Assembly (NCBI GenBank): GCA_963776275.1
Contig: CAVZMI010000006.1
Span: 102,453 to 166,452, forward strand
DNA from: Ignavibacteriota bacterium
GTDB taxonomy: Bacteria; Bacteroidota; Ignavibacteria; UBA10030; CAVZMI01
Reading direction: 5' to 3'
Length of the DNA stretch: 64,000 nucleotides
Positions 33,154 to 43,949 of the stretch are shown here, piece by piece (positions within the stretch are counted from its first letter, which is position 1; each line of letters begins with the position of its first letter). The notes beneath the pieces were generated by a model. The model saw only the letters and a program-made list of their open reading frames with translations. It did not search any database and had not been told where the DNA came from. Made by a program: the position numbers and the translations under genes.

Positions 33154-36100
33154 CTACTTCAACAGCATCATTTTCTTTGTCGATATGAAATCATTCACCT
33201 TCAACTGATAGATATAGAGACCACTTGAGAGATTCGCTGCATTAAACTCCGCAGTGTATTTACCGGCTTTTTGGTTTTGATTCACAAGAGAAGCGACCTC
33301 TCTCCCTATAACGTCGAAAATCTTTATTGTAACAAATCCCTCTTGAGGTATCTGGTATCCGATTGACGTCGTTGGATTAAACGGATTAGGATAATTCTCG
33401 AATAAGTCATATTTATCAGGTGTTTCCACTTTCTTGTCTGACTCTCCTTTCCCTAAACCTGGAGGTGCAGCAATTCTCTTAGGTGTGGTAATTTCTCCGA
33501 GTAACACCATGCAGAGCAAAGTTAGATCATCATCCGGGTATTTGGCCTTTAATTCATTAAGGCAATCCTTTGCTTTTATTATGTCTGCTACATCATCAAA
33601 ATAAATATGGCATAGATTGAACAATGCTAATTTGTTTGCTCTTTCATTACCTGTAAAATTATTCTTCAGATTATAGTAGTTCTCTATTGCCTTATTATAT
33701 TCCCCGTCTGCTATTAGAAAAAGGTTTTCTAATTCTAATGTTATAGCATAAAGCTCATCGTTCTTCGATAAATTCGGGCGGATTTCTTTATCGAGAAAAT
33801 CGACGAAGTCTGTATGCTTAGCTAATCGATAACATTCTGCCAACTGTGTCAATGCATATTGTTTTTTATTATAACTTTTCTCCTTCTTATATTTCTGTGT
33901 ATACTTGATTATTGCATCATCATACTTACCTTTATTTATATCATCAAGTGCAGCACCAAATTCGGCATCGAAGACTGGGGTAGTATCGGTAACAGCTATG
34001 GTCTGATTTATTGGTACTCCTGATGTGTTTTCTTCCAATTCCCAATCATCTGTCACAACAGTTTTCCCCCTACCGCTATTTGGATCGTTAGGATACGGGT
34101 AATAATGGGCAGTATCAATGCTACAACCGCTTTGAATCGAGAATTGAGGATTCGACCCCCAATAGTCATACTGCGCATTAATAACAGTACCATAAGCTGC
34201 AATAGCTGCATAGTTAGTATTAGAATAAACACTATTAACCCCATGAGCAGTTGCCGTACCCATCCAGACAGTGCTACCATAAGCAGCTGAGATTCCTGAG
34301 CCATTCAATTTTATTACATTATGACCACTTAAATCGCCAGAACAACTGTTAAGATGGGGGCTTGCTCCATTGCAGAAAAGTCCAGCCCCGGTTGATTGAT
34401 TTTTAATAATGTTATACGTCAGATATGGGCTTGACCCTGATTCACAGAGAACTCCATAATATCCATTATAAGAGATAGTATCATTGTACATATTTGTAGG
34501 AGATGAATTGTATAGTTCAATTCCGTAATAGGAATTATTCGTGATTTTATTATTAAAAAATTGTGTATTTGACCCTAGTACGCCATTTAACCGAATTCCA
34601 ATAGTATTGTTCGATATTACGCAATTATTTATTACTGGTAAAGTATTTGATCCATTACAATAAACTCCCGTATATGCATTTTTAATATTGCAGTATATTA
34701 ATTCACTATTACTAGAGCTGCTATTGAATTTTATTCCGTTTTGCGTAGATGAATTCGGTGAGATAAAGTCGAATGTGATCATATTGGAGGAATATCCGCC
34801 GGTAGTTAAAGTACCATTAACAATAAGCGAAGCACCATTTACAAATCTTAGTTTTGTGTTGGGCTGTATATAAAGGTATACCCCCGGAGCAATTGTGATG
34901 TTATTAGAAATCTGAACCGTGCCTGACAATATAAGACTTTCAGTGACAGTGTAACCTACCGGCCAAAGATTCAATGCCGGGTCTCCATAAAGGTTAAATT
35001 GACGCCTGTACTCTTGATCTATATTTAATTTTGATTCCATTACTGCTTCACCCATAATCTGAGAAAAGCTACAATACATTGCATTTAGTACAGTCCCGTC
35101 AGTTACTCCAAATCCACCACCATCACTTTCTCTTGCAGAAGCAAGAACTCCAATTGCACCTTTGTTTGCTATATTCATAAATACTTCTGCCATGCAATCT
35201 CCTACACCCCAATCAAACTGGCCGGCTGAACAGCAATTAAAAATCATAAATGGATAAAAATTATTGTTTAGTCGATATTGCATTGTAGTTTGATCCGGGA
35301 CACCGGAACAATTCTCAATCTTAAATATATGACGACCGCATCCTTCATCAATAATACAACGCGGCATACCATGGCCTTCATAAATCCATGTATGAATTCT
35401 ATTGTTGACCCCTGCGTTTCCATTATCATAACACCAACTATCCAGAAGATCCGCCCCGCACAACTTAGTCGGATCGGCATAATCAGAAGCCGAGAATTGT
35501 TGACCGAATATTTGAGCTTCGGTAACTACCGTGAGAGGATCGGTATCGAGCTTCCTATAGGCATAATATTTCGGGGTCGTTGGAGGAATTATCTCCGTCA
35601 ATTGCTTCATTGTTGGATCAACAGTATTGTATAAAGACTTACAACCATTGACCAGTGTAGCTTTATCACACCAGTTTCCATTAGAATTGGTTTCATAACT
35701 AATAATTTTATTCACATTATTACTCAGTTCAGTTTCATTCCCGACTGATAATCTACCATACATTACATCAAGAAAGTCATCAGAATCACCACCAGTACAG
35801 GCATAATAGTAATCACCAGCTTGTTCATCACTACCGTAATATGTGGGATAAGCCGCCGGCAACATTTCGTTGGAGTTATCATCTTGGTTATCCCCCACTA
35901 ATAAAATATAACCCAAGTGCCCATCGCCCGTGTGATTTGCTTTACCATTTGTATAAACATCGGAAATAAAATCACGGATACTTTGATAATGTGTCGGCCT
36001 TGAATAATATTCATAAACACAATCATAGTTTGGTGGAGGTCCATTCATATCGTTGACGTGAACAATCGCGACATCAAATCCATTATAATCTTTTCGACGA

Positions 36101-36989
36101 TTTGCCAATGTTGTTAATGGACTGCTGTTAAATAAAGACGAATGAGTTATAACCAAATAATCTACCGGTATTGCGTTAGGCAGACGAGTGTACTTAAATT
36201 TGTCACTCGATTGACACTACCGGACGTAATATTAGAAATTGGAGATGATTTGGAAAGCTGACCATATTTAATGATTTCATTCAATTTCGACGATGCACTC
36301 AACCCGCTCAGATTATAATTTAGAGCAGCATGGTTCATCATATTCCGAAAAATTCCAAGCTCTTTATTAACCGAGGATGAAGGATTAGTAAACGAAACGC
36401 TAATATTGAAATCGGTATATGCATGTACAATTTTGCTTACAGGATTAAATTGAACGGGATAGATTGCGACGCGTGCTACTTTTTGTCCTCGCACATATCC
36501 GATATCGAGAATCTCGCCGTATTTTCCTGGAAAATCGGCGTTTGAGGAATAAACTGATTTGTCTTCTTCGAAAACCTCTGAATAACTATCACTTCCATCC
36601 TGCCGTTTCTTTTTCTCAATTCGCGGCATTGGTAGTACACTATATTTAAATTCAAGCATGTTCGAATATACAACTGAAATTGATACATCATCGCAATCAG
36701 GGATCGCTATTAACTTCGTTATCATCGGTACTTGTGGTAAGCTTTGCTTTGTCATTGTCTCAGCATGCGGAATAGAGACTTTTTGATAATTGGTCTCCCC
36801 AACTTTCATATCTGTAACCGACATTCCGTTTATTTTAATATTAAACGAGACATTATTGTTATTCGAGGAAGTCAGAGTTGTCGATGGCGCCGTCTCAGTT
36901 TGTTGCAAGAAAGGCACCCATTGTTGTTGGGCATGTACCTGTACCGTCATTATAACGGCAAGAATTACTATTAATAAGGAACGTGACAT
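33154..36989 (-). CDS. C25 (gingipain-like) cysteine peptidase with propeptide, beta-helix and TPR regions and T9SS-type CTD; apparent frameshift at ~36181
   Basis: Propeptide (LPQVP...IAIP, VRGQKVARVAIYPVQFNP), YILLVGD, YGRL, catalytic GHG and NCC, FNLYGDPAL, CTD NYPNPFNPTT...KKMMLLK. Confidence 0.85.
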
Positions 36990-37214
36990 TATTAATCTCC
37001 TTTGTTTTAATAGATTTCAAGATTCATTAGTTGCTTTTTTCCTTTTGAATTCATAAAATGGAAAAGCCTGTAAGGCCGAATTTCCGTATATAAAAATGCG
37101 GTATTCATGCTTTTTACAGGACGTTCTGCCCGCCGGAATCCCGAACCTAGCCGTTCCTTTTTCGGCGGGTTTTTATTTAAGGTGGTACACCGCTTTGAAA
37201 TAGCATTCGAATCA

Positions 37215-39473
37215 TTATCGAAGCAGGATCATTTTCTTGGTTTCAGAATATTTACCTGTCTTGAGTTGATAAAAGTAAATTCCACTAGGCAAGTTGTTTG
37301 TTTCCCAGCGTACTTCATATTCACCTTCTCGCTGAAATTTATTAACTAAAGTGTTTATAACTCTTCCTAGCACATCATACACTCTTAATGAAACAAGACC
37401 TGATTTAGGTAAATAATATTTTATTATTGTAGATGGATTAAATGGATTAGGATAATTTTGAAATAGTTTTATTTTATCGGGAAGATTGTTGCTAATATTA
37501 TTATCATTTTTTATCGAGACTACACCGCCACCGTCGATAGTTTTAATGATTCCATTTCCAATCGACCACCCTGTGCTTTCATTTATAAAAAAAATATTTG
37601 ATAATCCACCTTCATTTTTACATGGACTTTGTTGTTCATTCCAAGTATATCCGCCGTCAGTTGATTTAAGTATAAGAGAGGTACGGTTTAAGAAATCAAA
37701 GCCTGATATCCATCCGATATTTTCAGTAACAAACTGTATTGAAAAATTATAACCAGATGGCGTTGTACTGCATGGAACCCAAGAATTACCTCCATCTGTT
37801 GTTTTAAGAATATTATTATTCCCATTGGAAGAAGCGACAACCCAACCCATTTCCGAATTAATGAAATCGAAAGAGTTAATCGATGTTATTGGAATAACTT
37901 GTGGTTCCCAATTCTTACCTCCATCCATAGTTTTTAAAGTGCCACCTATCCACCCCACATTATCATTTATGAATTGCACTCTCCCATCCGGTTGCACTGA
38001 ATCCAAAACCACTATTTTCCATGTGATTCCTTTATCATCCGTTTTCAGTAATGATCCTGTGCCTGAAATCCATCCTATCGAATCATTAACAAAAGTAATT
38101 GAATTAAATCCATATAATGAATCATAAATTTGTTTTTGCCATGTCTGTCCGCCATTTATCGTTCTAAATATTAATCCGGTTCTATCATAAATCGATAATC
38201 CTTTTATAATCGATCCTACTGCAAATATATTTTGCGTATCAATTGCATAGACTGATGACAACAATGTGCTCTCAACAGAATTTTGTATATCCCAATTATC
38301 CCTTCCGTTTGTAGTATGAAGAATAATACCGCTGTCGCCTACAGCCCAACCGTTATATTCATCAACAAAATAAATCGAGTTGAAATGATAATTCTTATCT
38401 CTTTGCGGAACCCAGTTACCTCCCGCATCTGTAGTTCTGTATATCATACCGAACTGTCCTACTATCCAACCCGTGTTGTCGGAGGATTTGTTTGAATACC
38501 TTGTCTTGTAAAAGTGATGCATCATTTCATTATTATTATTTGCTTCCTCAGTCCAATTCTCTCCACCATCTGTCGTTTTCAAAATGAAGGCATAATAATC
38601 GCCTCCGACAATCCAACCGGTCAATGAATCAGTAAAAAATATCGAGTAGAAATATTGATACTCTTCTTTTTGATATTTCGTTGAAAGATTCTGGTATTGC
38701 CAAGTATTACCTCCATCGGTAGTTTTTAAAAAAGTACCGTGTGCTCCCGTAATAAATCCGTTATTCTTATCCGTAAAACAAATATCATTAAGTCCTGGAA
38801 AAACCATCGGCTGAATAATATTCCCGTTCCATTGCCACGTTCTTCCGCAATCCGTAGTCTTATAGATTTGATTGCCATAAAATCCAAGTCCAATAATCCA
38901 TCCTGTTTGTTTGTCTGTAAAGGTTATTGCAGTCAAATCGAATACATCCAACCAACCTTCACCGATATAATCATCTATCTTTCTCGTGTCCCAGCTTTGC
39001 CCGCCATTGCTCGTTCTTAAAAGAATTCCATCTTCTCCTATAACAAAACCTGTGTCGGCATCCACAAAATACACTGCATTGTAACATAACGAAGCGTCGG
39101 TTTTTACCTCCGTCCAGTTTTTACCGCCATCATCGGTTTTGAGTAAAATATTTTTTTGTGAATCCTTGATGCCACCCGCCGCCCAACCGTTTAATGAATC
39201 GATAAAATGAACGCTGTACAAATCGTTGGGAGTGCCACCGGCATGGTGTTGTACATCCCAATGTATCCCACCATCTGTCGTTTTTATAACCGTTCCCAAG
39301 TCACCTACGGCAATTGCCGATTCATTATTAAAAATATAAATATCATTCAGATTATTGCCTTGTGGTTTCGGATACTGCCAGAACCAGCCTTCCTGAGAAG
39401 ACGCTCGTGCAAATGAGAGGAATATGATCACAAATAACAATAAACAACTCGATTTCATGTTGTTATACCTCAT
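37215..39473 (-). CDS. YCF48/BNR-repeat beta-propeller protein with T9SS-type CTD
   Basis: Repeated KTTDGG.(N/T)W motifs; CTD QNYPNPFNPST...KKMILLR. Confidence 0.9.
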   Translation of the reverse strand: MRYNNMKSSCLLLFVIIFLSFARASSQEGWFWQYPKPQGNNLNDIYIFNNESAIAVGDLGTVIKTTDGGIHWDVQHHAGGTPNDLYSVHFIDSLNGWAAGGIKDSQKNILLKTDDGGKNWTEVKTDASLCYNAVYFVDADTGFVIGEDGILLRTSNGGQSWDTRKIDDYIGEGWLDVFDLTAITFTDKQTGWIIGLGFYGNQIYKTTDCGRTWQWNGNIIQPMVFPGLNDICFTDKNNGFITGAHGTFLKTTDGGNTWQYQNLSTKYQKEEYQYFYSIFFTDSLTGWIVGGDYYAFILKTTDGGENWTEEANNNNEMMHHFYKTRYSNKSSDNTGWIVGQFGMIYRTTDAGGNWVPQRDKNYHFNSIYFVDEYNGWAVGDSGIILHTTNGRDNWDIQNSVESTLLSSVYAIDTQNIFAVGSIIKGLSIYDRTGLIFRTINGGQTWQKQIYDSLYGFNSITFVNDSIGWISGTGSLLKTDDKGITWKIVVLDSVQPDGRVQFINDNVGWIGGTLKTMDGGKNWEPQVIPITSINSFDFINSEMGWVVASSNGNNNILKTTDGGNSWVPCSTTPSGYNFSIQFVTENIGWISGFDFLNRTSLILKSTDGGYTWNEQQSPCKNEGGLSNIFFINESTGWSIGNGIIKTIDGGGVVSIKNDNNISNNLPDKIKLFQNYPNPFNPSTIIKYYLPKSGLVSLRVYDVLGRVINTLVNKFQREGEYEVRWETNNLPSGIYFYQLKTGKYSETKKMILLR

Positions 39474-40048
39474 TTAGTAATTCCACTACACAATTGCGTG
39501 TTTCTCACACGTACTTGCATACGGGAATGTGTCGGATCAAAACCATCTTTATTAGTATCTCCAACACCTTCCATGAAAAGTCCAAACCAATCCTGTATCC
39601 AGCGTTCATAAAACTCATATTTGGGAATTGTATCTATAGTCGATCCACCGTAATACAAAAAAACCTTTCCCTCAGGAAAACCCCAATCACCAAAATGACC
39701 TCTAATTAAAAAATCATTGTACCCGTCTCCATTCACGTCGCCTATACCCGCACAATTTTCGGATGTATGCAAACTATCTTTCCCAGGATAATGAAATATG
39801 ATAGATGGAGTCAGATTAAAAGTCGATGAACCGAGATAAAGTTTTACTTCATTATTAAAAGTTGTCACCATGAAATCATCATATCCATCTCCGTTGACAT
39901 CACCTATCCCTTTTACCTCAGTAATTCTCTTGGCGACGGATTCGTTCGTTATTGTGCCTACTAAATATAGGCTGTCCTGGCTCAGAACTTTATCGGTTAA
40001 AATGGTTATCGCTAACAAAAGGAAGATTATTGGAAAATACATTTTCAT
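39470..40048 (-). pseudogene. Truncated FG-GAP repeat protein
   Basis: Signal peptide and three GDVNGDGY.D-type repeats; similarity stops abruptly at ~39536 mid-repeat; no CTD. Confidence 0.6.
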
Positions 40049-40202
40049 TATGAAATTCTTTCTATAAAAATCTTAACTCTACATTGAATGGCTAATAAAA
40101 AAAGGCCGCAAGTTACGAATTTATCGACCTGAAAAAGATTGAAGAAATAGAAATGCTCATAGGATTGAAAGATTTAGCACGAACATTTGCTAATATTTTA
40201 CG

Positions 40203-40231
40203 AATATATATAATTCCTCGACACTTGTCAA
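40203..40231 (-). promoter_or_regulatory. sigma70-type promoter for the T9SS-cargo block
   Basis: Minus strand TTGACA (40231-40226), 17 nt, TATATT (40208-40203). Confidence 0.65.
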
Positions 40232-40323
40232 GCAAATATTAAAAAATGTCATTATTCCTTAATAAAAACAAGCTAAACTCTTTTACCTGTTACGGCAATA
40301 AGAATCGCGGGGGGGTATATTGC

Positions 40324-42300
40324 TTATGGACTCCTCTTTTGAACGGCCGCACCCTGGTTGAGAAACCGCACAAATTCTTCCGGATTGCGGGTCAGTCCGG
40401 GGAATCGTGCGACCTCCCGATCGTCGGGCGAGAGGATTACATAGAATGGAAGAGCGATCGTTCCGAACCGGTTTTGCTCGAATAACCGGTTTCTGTCATA
40501 TTCGCTCCCGCTGCCGTCGGTATAGAGACGCACAAGAATAAATTTCTTCAGCTGTGCTTGTACGTCATCGCGCAAAAATATATTTGCTTCCATCCACCGG
40601 CAATTCGTGCAGGCAAAGCCCGTGAAATTGACAAAGATGTTTTTTCCTTCTGTCTTCGCTCTTTTCAATCCATCCTGATAATTCGAAATCCATTGCTCTT
40701 CCTCCACTGCAGTTCCGGATCCATTTAGTTTCCCGATCCACCCCGCAATATGACTATAACTCCGCGGTGGAAGGAACGCATCGAGCTCGCCCAGCGGTGC
40801 ACCAATGAGTCCTGTGAAAAGGAAAAATACCGCTGCTAGGAAGAAAACCGACCACAGCATTCTGACAACCCCTATTTTCTCCACCGGTGCATCATGTGAG
40901 AAAGAGAAACGTCCCATGAGGTAGAGCACCGTCATTATTGCAATAGCGATCCACAAAGAGAGAAACACTTCACGATTCAAGATGCCTGACTGCAAGACGA
41001 GATCGACGTTGCTGAGAAATTTCAGAGCAGCCGCCAGCTCGAGAAATCCCATGACGACCTTCACTGCATTCAACCATCCTCCGCTCTTTGGAAGGCGGAC
41101 GAGAAACGACGGAAATAATGCGAGCAGGAAAAAGGGCAGTGCGAATGTAACCGAAAATGCAAGCATACCGATAATCGGCCACATCCACTCTCCCTGTGCA
41201 GCAGTTACCATCACCGTTCCAACAAACGGCACCGTGCATGTGAAGGAGGTAATGGTAAATGTCAGCCCCATCAATAATACACCGGCCATGCTGTTAGTGT
41301 TCGAGTATTTAGTAAGTTTTGTCAACAGAGATGACGGCAGAATTATTTCGAAGGCACCGAAAAGATTGACGGCAAATGCAATGAATATACCCGCAATTGC
41401 CAGATTCACCCACGGATTCGCGGCAAATTGATTTAAGCCCGATGCACCGATTGTCAGTGCAAGAGCAAAGCCCAGCGCCGTGAATGTAAAAATGATGCCC
41501 ATGCTGTAGACAAGCGCATCGGCAATTCCCTTATTCCGTTTCCCCTCCCTGCGTTTTGTAAAGTACGAAACCGTAATTGGAATCATCGGGAAAACGCACG
41601 GTGTAAGAAGCGATAATGCTCCGAGCGACATCGCGAGCGTAAGATAATTCCATAAACCTTTTGCCTTTGCCTTAGCGACGATATCTGCGGGATCGATGCT
41701 GTATGTTTTGGGTTGGACGGCATCCGGGATAAATCTCGACGAATCTGGTGCGCCGTTTGACTGGCGGAGTTCCGGTATCTGAGATCCCGCCGCCCGTGTA
41801 ATTGATTCCTTTGACGATTGTTTTGCTTTTATGACTGTAACGGGAACTTCAATTATTTTCGTCACCGGCGGCAGGCAGACGGTATTACTGCACACCATGT
41901 ACCGCGCTTTGAGAATAATTTTCTGATTCCCATGCGGTGTATTGGCTGCGATCTTTACGGGCACTTCGAAAATTACATTACCGGAAAAATATTCCGTATT
42001 TATTCCAAACGATTCGTCATATGAAATTGTCGGGACAGGTTGTTTCGGCTGACCGGCAAGTGAAAAGAACGACTCTTCACTCATGCTGATCGATGTCGGA
42101 ATCGGTCCGCCCTCGGGCTGTGTGAGCGAGTAGATATGCCATATATTACCGATTCGCGCGCGGACCGTGACCATGACAATCGAACCGGCGGACACTTGTT
42201 TCTCTTTCACAGAACCAGACCAGCGCACGGGGTCCTGTGCACAGAGTTGTGAAGTCAGGATTACGAACAGCAAAAAAAAGAATCGTCGCATAGATTTCAT
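40324..42300 (-). CDS. dsbD: Protein-disulfide reductase DsbD family
   Basis: N-domain CSNTVCLPP, TM domain LLTPCVFPMIP and SFTCTVP, thioredoxin CTNC. Confidence 0.92.
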   Translation of the reverse strand: MKSMRRFFFLLFVILTSQLCAQDPVRWSGSVKEKQVSAGSIVMVTVRARIGNIWHIYSLTQPEGGPIPTSISMSEESFFSLAGQPKQPVPTISYDESFGINTEYFSGNVIFEVPVKIAANTPHGNQKIILKARYMVCSNTVCLPPVTKIIEVPVTVIKAKQSSKESITRAAGSQIPELRQSNGAPDSSRFIPDAVQPKTYSIDPADIVAKAKAKGLWNYLTLAMSLGALSLLTPCVFPMIPITVSYFTKRREGKRNKGIADALVYSMGIIFTFTALGFALALTIGASGLNQFAANPWVNLAIAGIFIAFAVNLFGAFEIILPSSLLTKLTKYSNTNSMAGVLLMGLTFTITSFTCTVPFVGTVMVTAAQGEWMWPIIGMLAFSVTFALPFFLLALFPSFLVRLPKSGGWLNAVKVVMGFLELAAALKFLSNVDLVLQSGILNREVFLSLWIAIAIMTVLYLMGRFSFSHDAPVEKIGVVRMLWSVFFLAAVFFLFTGLIGAPLGELDAFLPPRSYSHIAGWIGKLNGSGTAVEEEQWISNYQDGLKRAKTEGKNIFVNFTGFACTNCRWMEANIFLRDDVQAQLKKFILVRLYTDGSGSEYDRNRLFEQNRFGTIALPFYVILSPDDREVARFPGLTRNPEEFVRFLNQGAAVQKRSP

Positions 42301-42310
42301 CGTCGATAGT

Positions 42311-42769
42311 TTACGTCAATTCACACACTGTTGCTCCGGCAGCTTTTATCAGATCATTTGGATCGAGCAGAACCTGTATTCCCCTCATCCCTGCACTGAC
42401 ACTTATGAACGAGTGGAGCAGTGCGCTTTGATCGATAAACACCGGATATTTCTTTTTCCCACCGAGGGGCGTGCAGCCGCCGCGGAGATAACCTGTTAGC
42501 CTGAACACATCGTCCACATCGACAAGTTCCACTTTCTTGTCACGGGTGAGGCGTGCGAGTGTTTTCAAGCTGAGTTCATGGGTTCCGGGAATACACACTT
42601 CCATGATGCCGTTCCGGTCGCCGCGTACTACAAGCGTCTTAAAAACCTGTGCGAGCGGAATTTGAAGCTTTTCGGCTGCCTCTTCTGCCGAAAGAAGTTC
42701 TTCTTTAAATTCTCTTATATCGTAATGGATCGAAAGTGAGTCGAGTATTTGAGCGGCGCGTGTTTTCAT
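42311..42769 (-). CDS. ybaK: Cys-tRNA(Pro) deacylase YbaK
   Basis: MKTRAA, VFKTLV, TGYLRGGCTPLG, SAGMRG. Confidence 0.92.
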   Translation of the reverse strand: MKTRAAQILDSLSIHYDIREFKEELLSAEEAAEKLQIPLAQVFKTLVVRGDRNGIMEVCIPGTHELSLKTLARLTRDKKVELVDVDDVFRLTGYLRGGCTPLGGKKKYPVFIDQSALLHSFISVSAGMRGIQVLLDPNDLIKAAGATVCELT

Positions 42770-42811
42770 GATGCTACTCAAAGGTACGAAAAAGGATCAT
42801 GAAAGGAAATG
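42733..42811 (+). repeat. 79-bp direct repeat, copy 1 (ybaK 5' end plus upstream)
   Basis: 73/79 identical to 44611-44689 by hand alignment. Confidence 0.9.
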
Positions 42812-43013
42812 CCGTTCTCATGCCCGATCAATCCGCTTATTTGTCTGTTTTTCTTTCATCAAGGCGCGAAAAACGAAATCATTTGTTTCATGAGAAGCGG
42901 CACGGAGGTTCGGAGTGAGTACTATCTTGCGCCTCTTCTACTAAGTTTTAATTGCTTGTTAGTGATGAAGACCATCGTCAGCATTACCTGGTCTTATGAT
43001 GCTGAAACAAGCG

Positions 43014-43107
43014 GTATAACGGCGGAGTCGAGCGGAGTCCGCGTAATGCAGGAGCGCTGAAGGCGCGACGGAGTGAAGCGGGCTTCCACTCCAACGATTT
43101 GTTATCT
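43014..43107 (-). mobile_element. attC site (canonical)
   Basis: Minus strand AGATAAC-AAATC-GTTGGAGTGGA...TCCGCTCGAC-TCCGCC-GTTATAC imperfect palindrome overlapping the cassette gene stop. Confidence 0.85.
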
Positions 43108-43780
43108 ACTGTGAACTCATTTTTCGTTCAGCAATTTTTTTCATTTGTTGCTCTTGAGTACCAGTTCCCGAAATGTTTGAAGTGGCCGTCTGAATTGCAT
43201 CTTTGGCGTATTCCAAGAGTGCTACCCCTCCGGTACCTTGGAGGCTTGCTTCCTTGCCCGCCCATTGCAAATAATCTTCATATTCCCTGAGTTCATTTAT
43301 GTTTGAGATATACCCAGCCTCTTTGATAATCGCTTTTGGTGGATTCTCTTTGCTGAATTCAAGTTTCTTTCGTTTGACAGGCTTGAAACTATTTGACTTC
43401 TCATATTGTAAACGGAGATTACGTATGTTTCCCACTTCGCGGTCAACTTCTAACTTTAAAATCTGTGCCTGACGGATTTTTTCTTGGGCTATTTTGACGT
43501 TTTTATCGGCAATGGCTTTTACTTCCGTAAAAATTATTTTGATAGCATCCTGAAAGTCGGGTTTGCTCCTTTTTTCTTTTTCCACAAAGGTTTCCCAAAC
43601 TTTAAGGATTTGGGCCTCCGGTTTTTTATCCCAGATCATCCGTGCGATCTCCTTCAGCTTCTCTTGCTGTAATGAGCTAAAATTTCCGGCAGAAAGAGAC
43701 TGGGCCTGAAGTGGGAGTAATAAGGTCATCAATACTACAATTGATCCCGATAACAGGGCATAGAAAAACAATTTCTTCAT
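43106..43780 (-). CDS. Cassette-borne hypothetical exported, helical protein
   Basis: AAAGGAG RBS, signal peptide MKKLFFYALL...LQA/Q; bounded by GTTATCAC and an attC. Confidence 0.75.
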   Translation of the reverse strand: MKKLFFYALLSGSIVVLMTLLLPLQAQSLSAGNFSSLQQEKLKEIARMIWDKKPEAQILKVWETFVEKEKRSKPDFQDAIKIIFTEVKAIADKNVKIAQEKIRQAQILKLEVDREVGNIRNLRLQYEKSNSFKPVKRKKLEFSKENPPKAIIKEAGYISNINELREYEDYLQWAGKEASLQGTGGVALLEYAKDAIQTATSNISGTGTQEQQMKKIAERKMSSQ

Positions 43781-43802
43781 TTTTCTGTGTCTCCTTTCAA
43801 TG

Positions 43803-43869
43803 TGATAACAATAATTAGACTGATCCGTATAAGATACGGAGTTCTGGTTTTGTGACCATTCAACACGCC
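43803..43869 (-). mobile_element. attI-like module, copy a
   Basis: 51/60 identical to 52023-52082; ends CTAATTATT-GTT at the cassette start. Confidence 0.65.
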
Positions 43870-43945
43870 GCCTAACGAAAGAATTCAGCCGTGTTGTGGG
43901 TGTGGTTTGTGCACCCGCAATGTCGGCTGGAATGTCACGTTCGAT
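43870..43945 (-). mobile_element. attC site (canonical)
   Basis: Minus strand ATCGAAC...TTCCAGCCGAC...CGGCTGAA-TTCTTTC-GTTAGGC; the R'' ACATCGAAC is complementary to the cassette start GTTCGATGT at 44477. Confidence 0.85.
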
Positions 43946-43949
43946 GTTT

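Noticed and set aside
672-36989. Six independent pseudogenes or programmed frameshifts
   Set aside because: No slippery sequences or further decay; the indels coincide with one motif, so systematic sequencing error is more parsimonious.
40174-40193. CIRCE element
   Set aside because: CIRCE is TTAGCACTC-N9-GAGTGCTAA; arm length and spacing do not fit, and the downstream genes are not chaperones.
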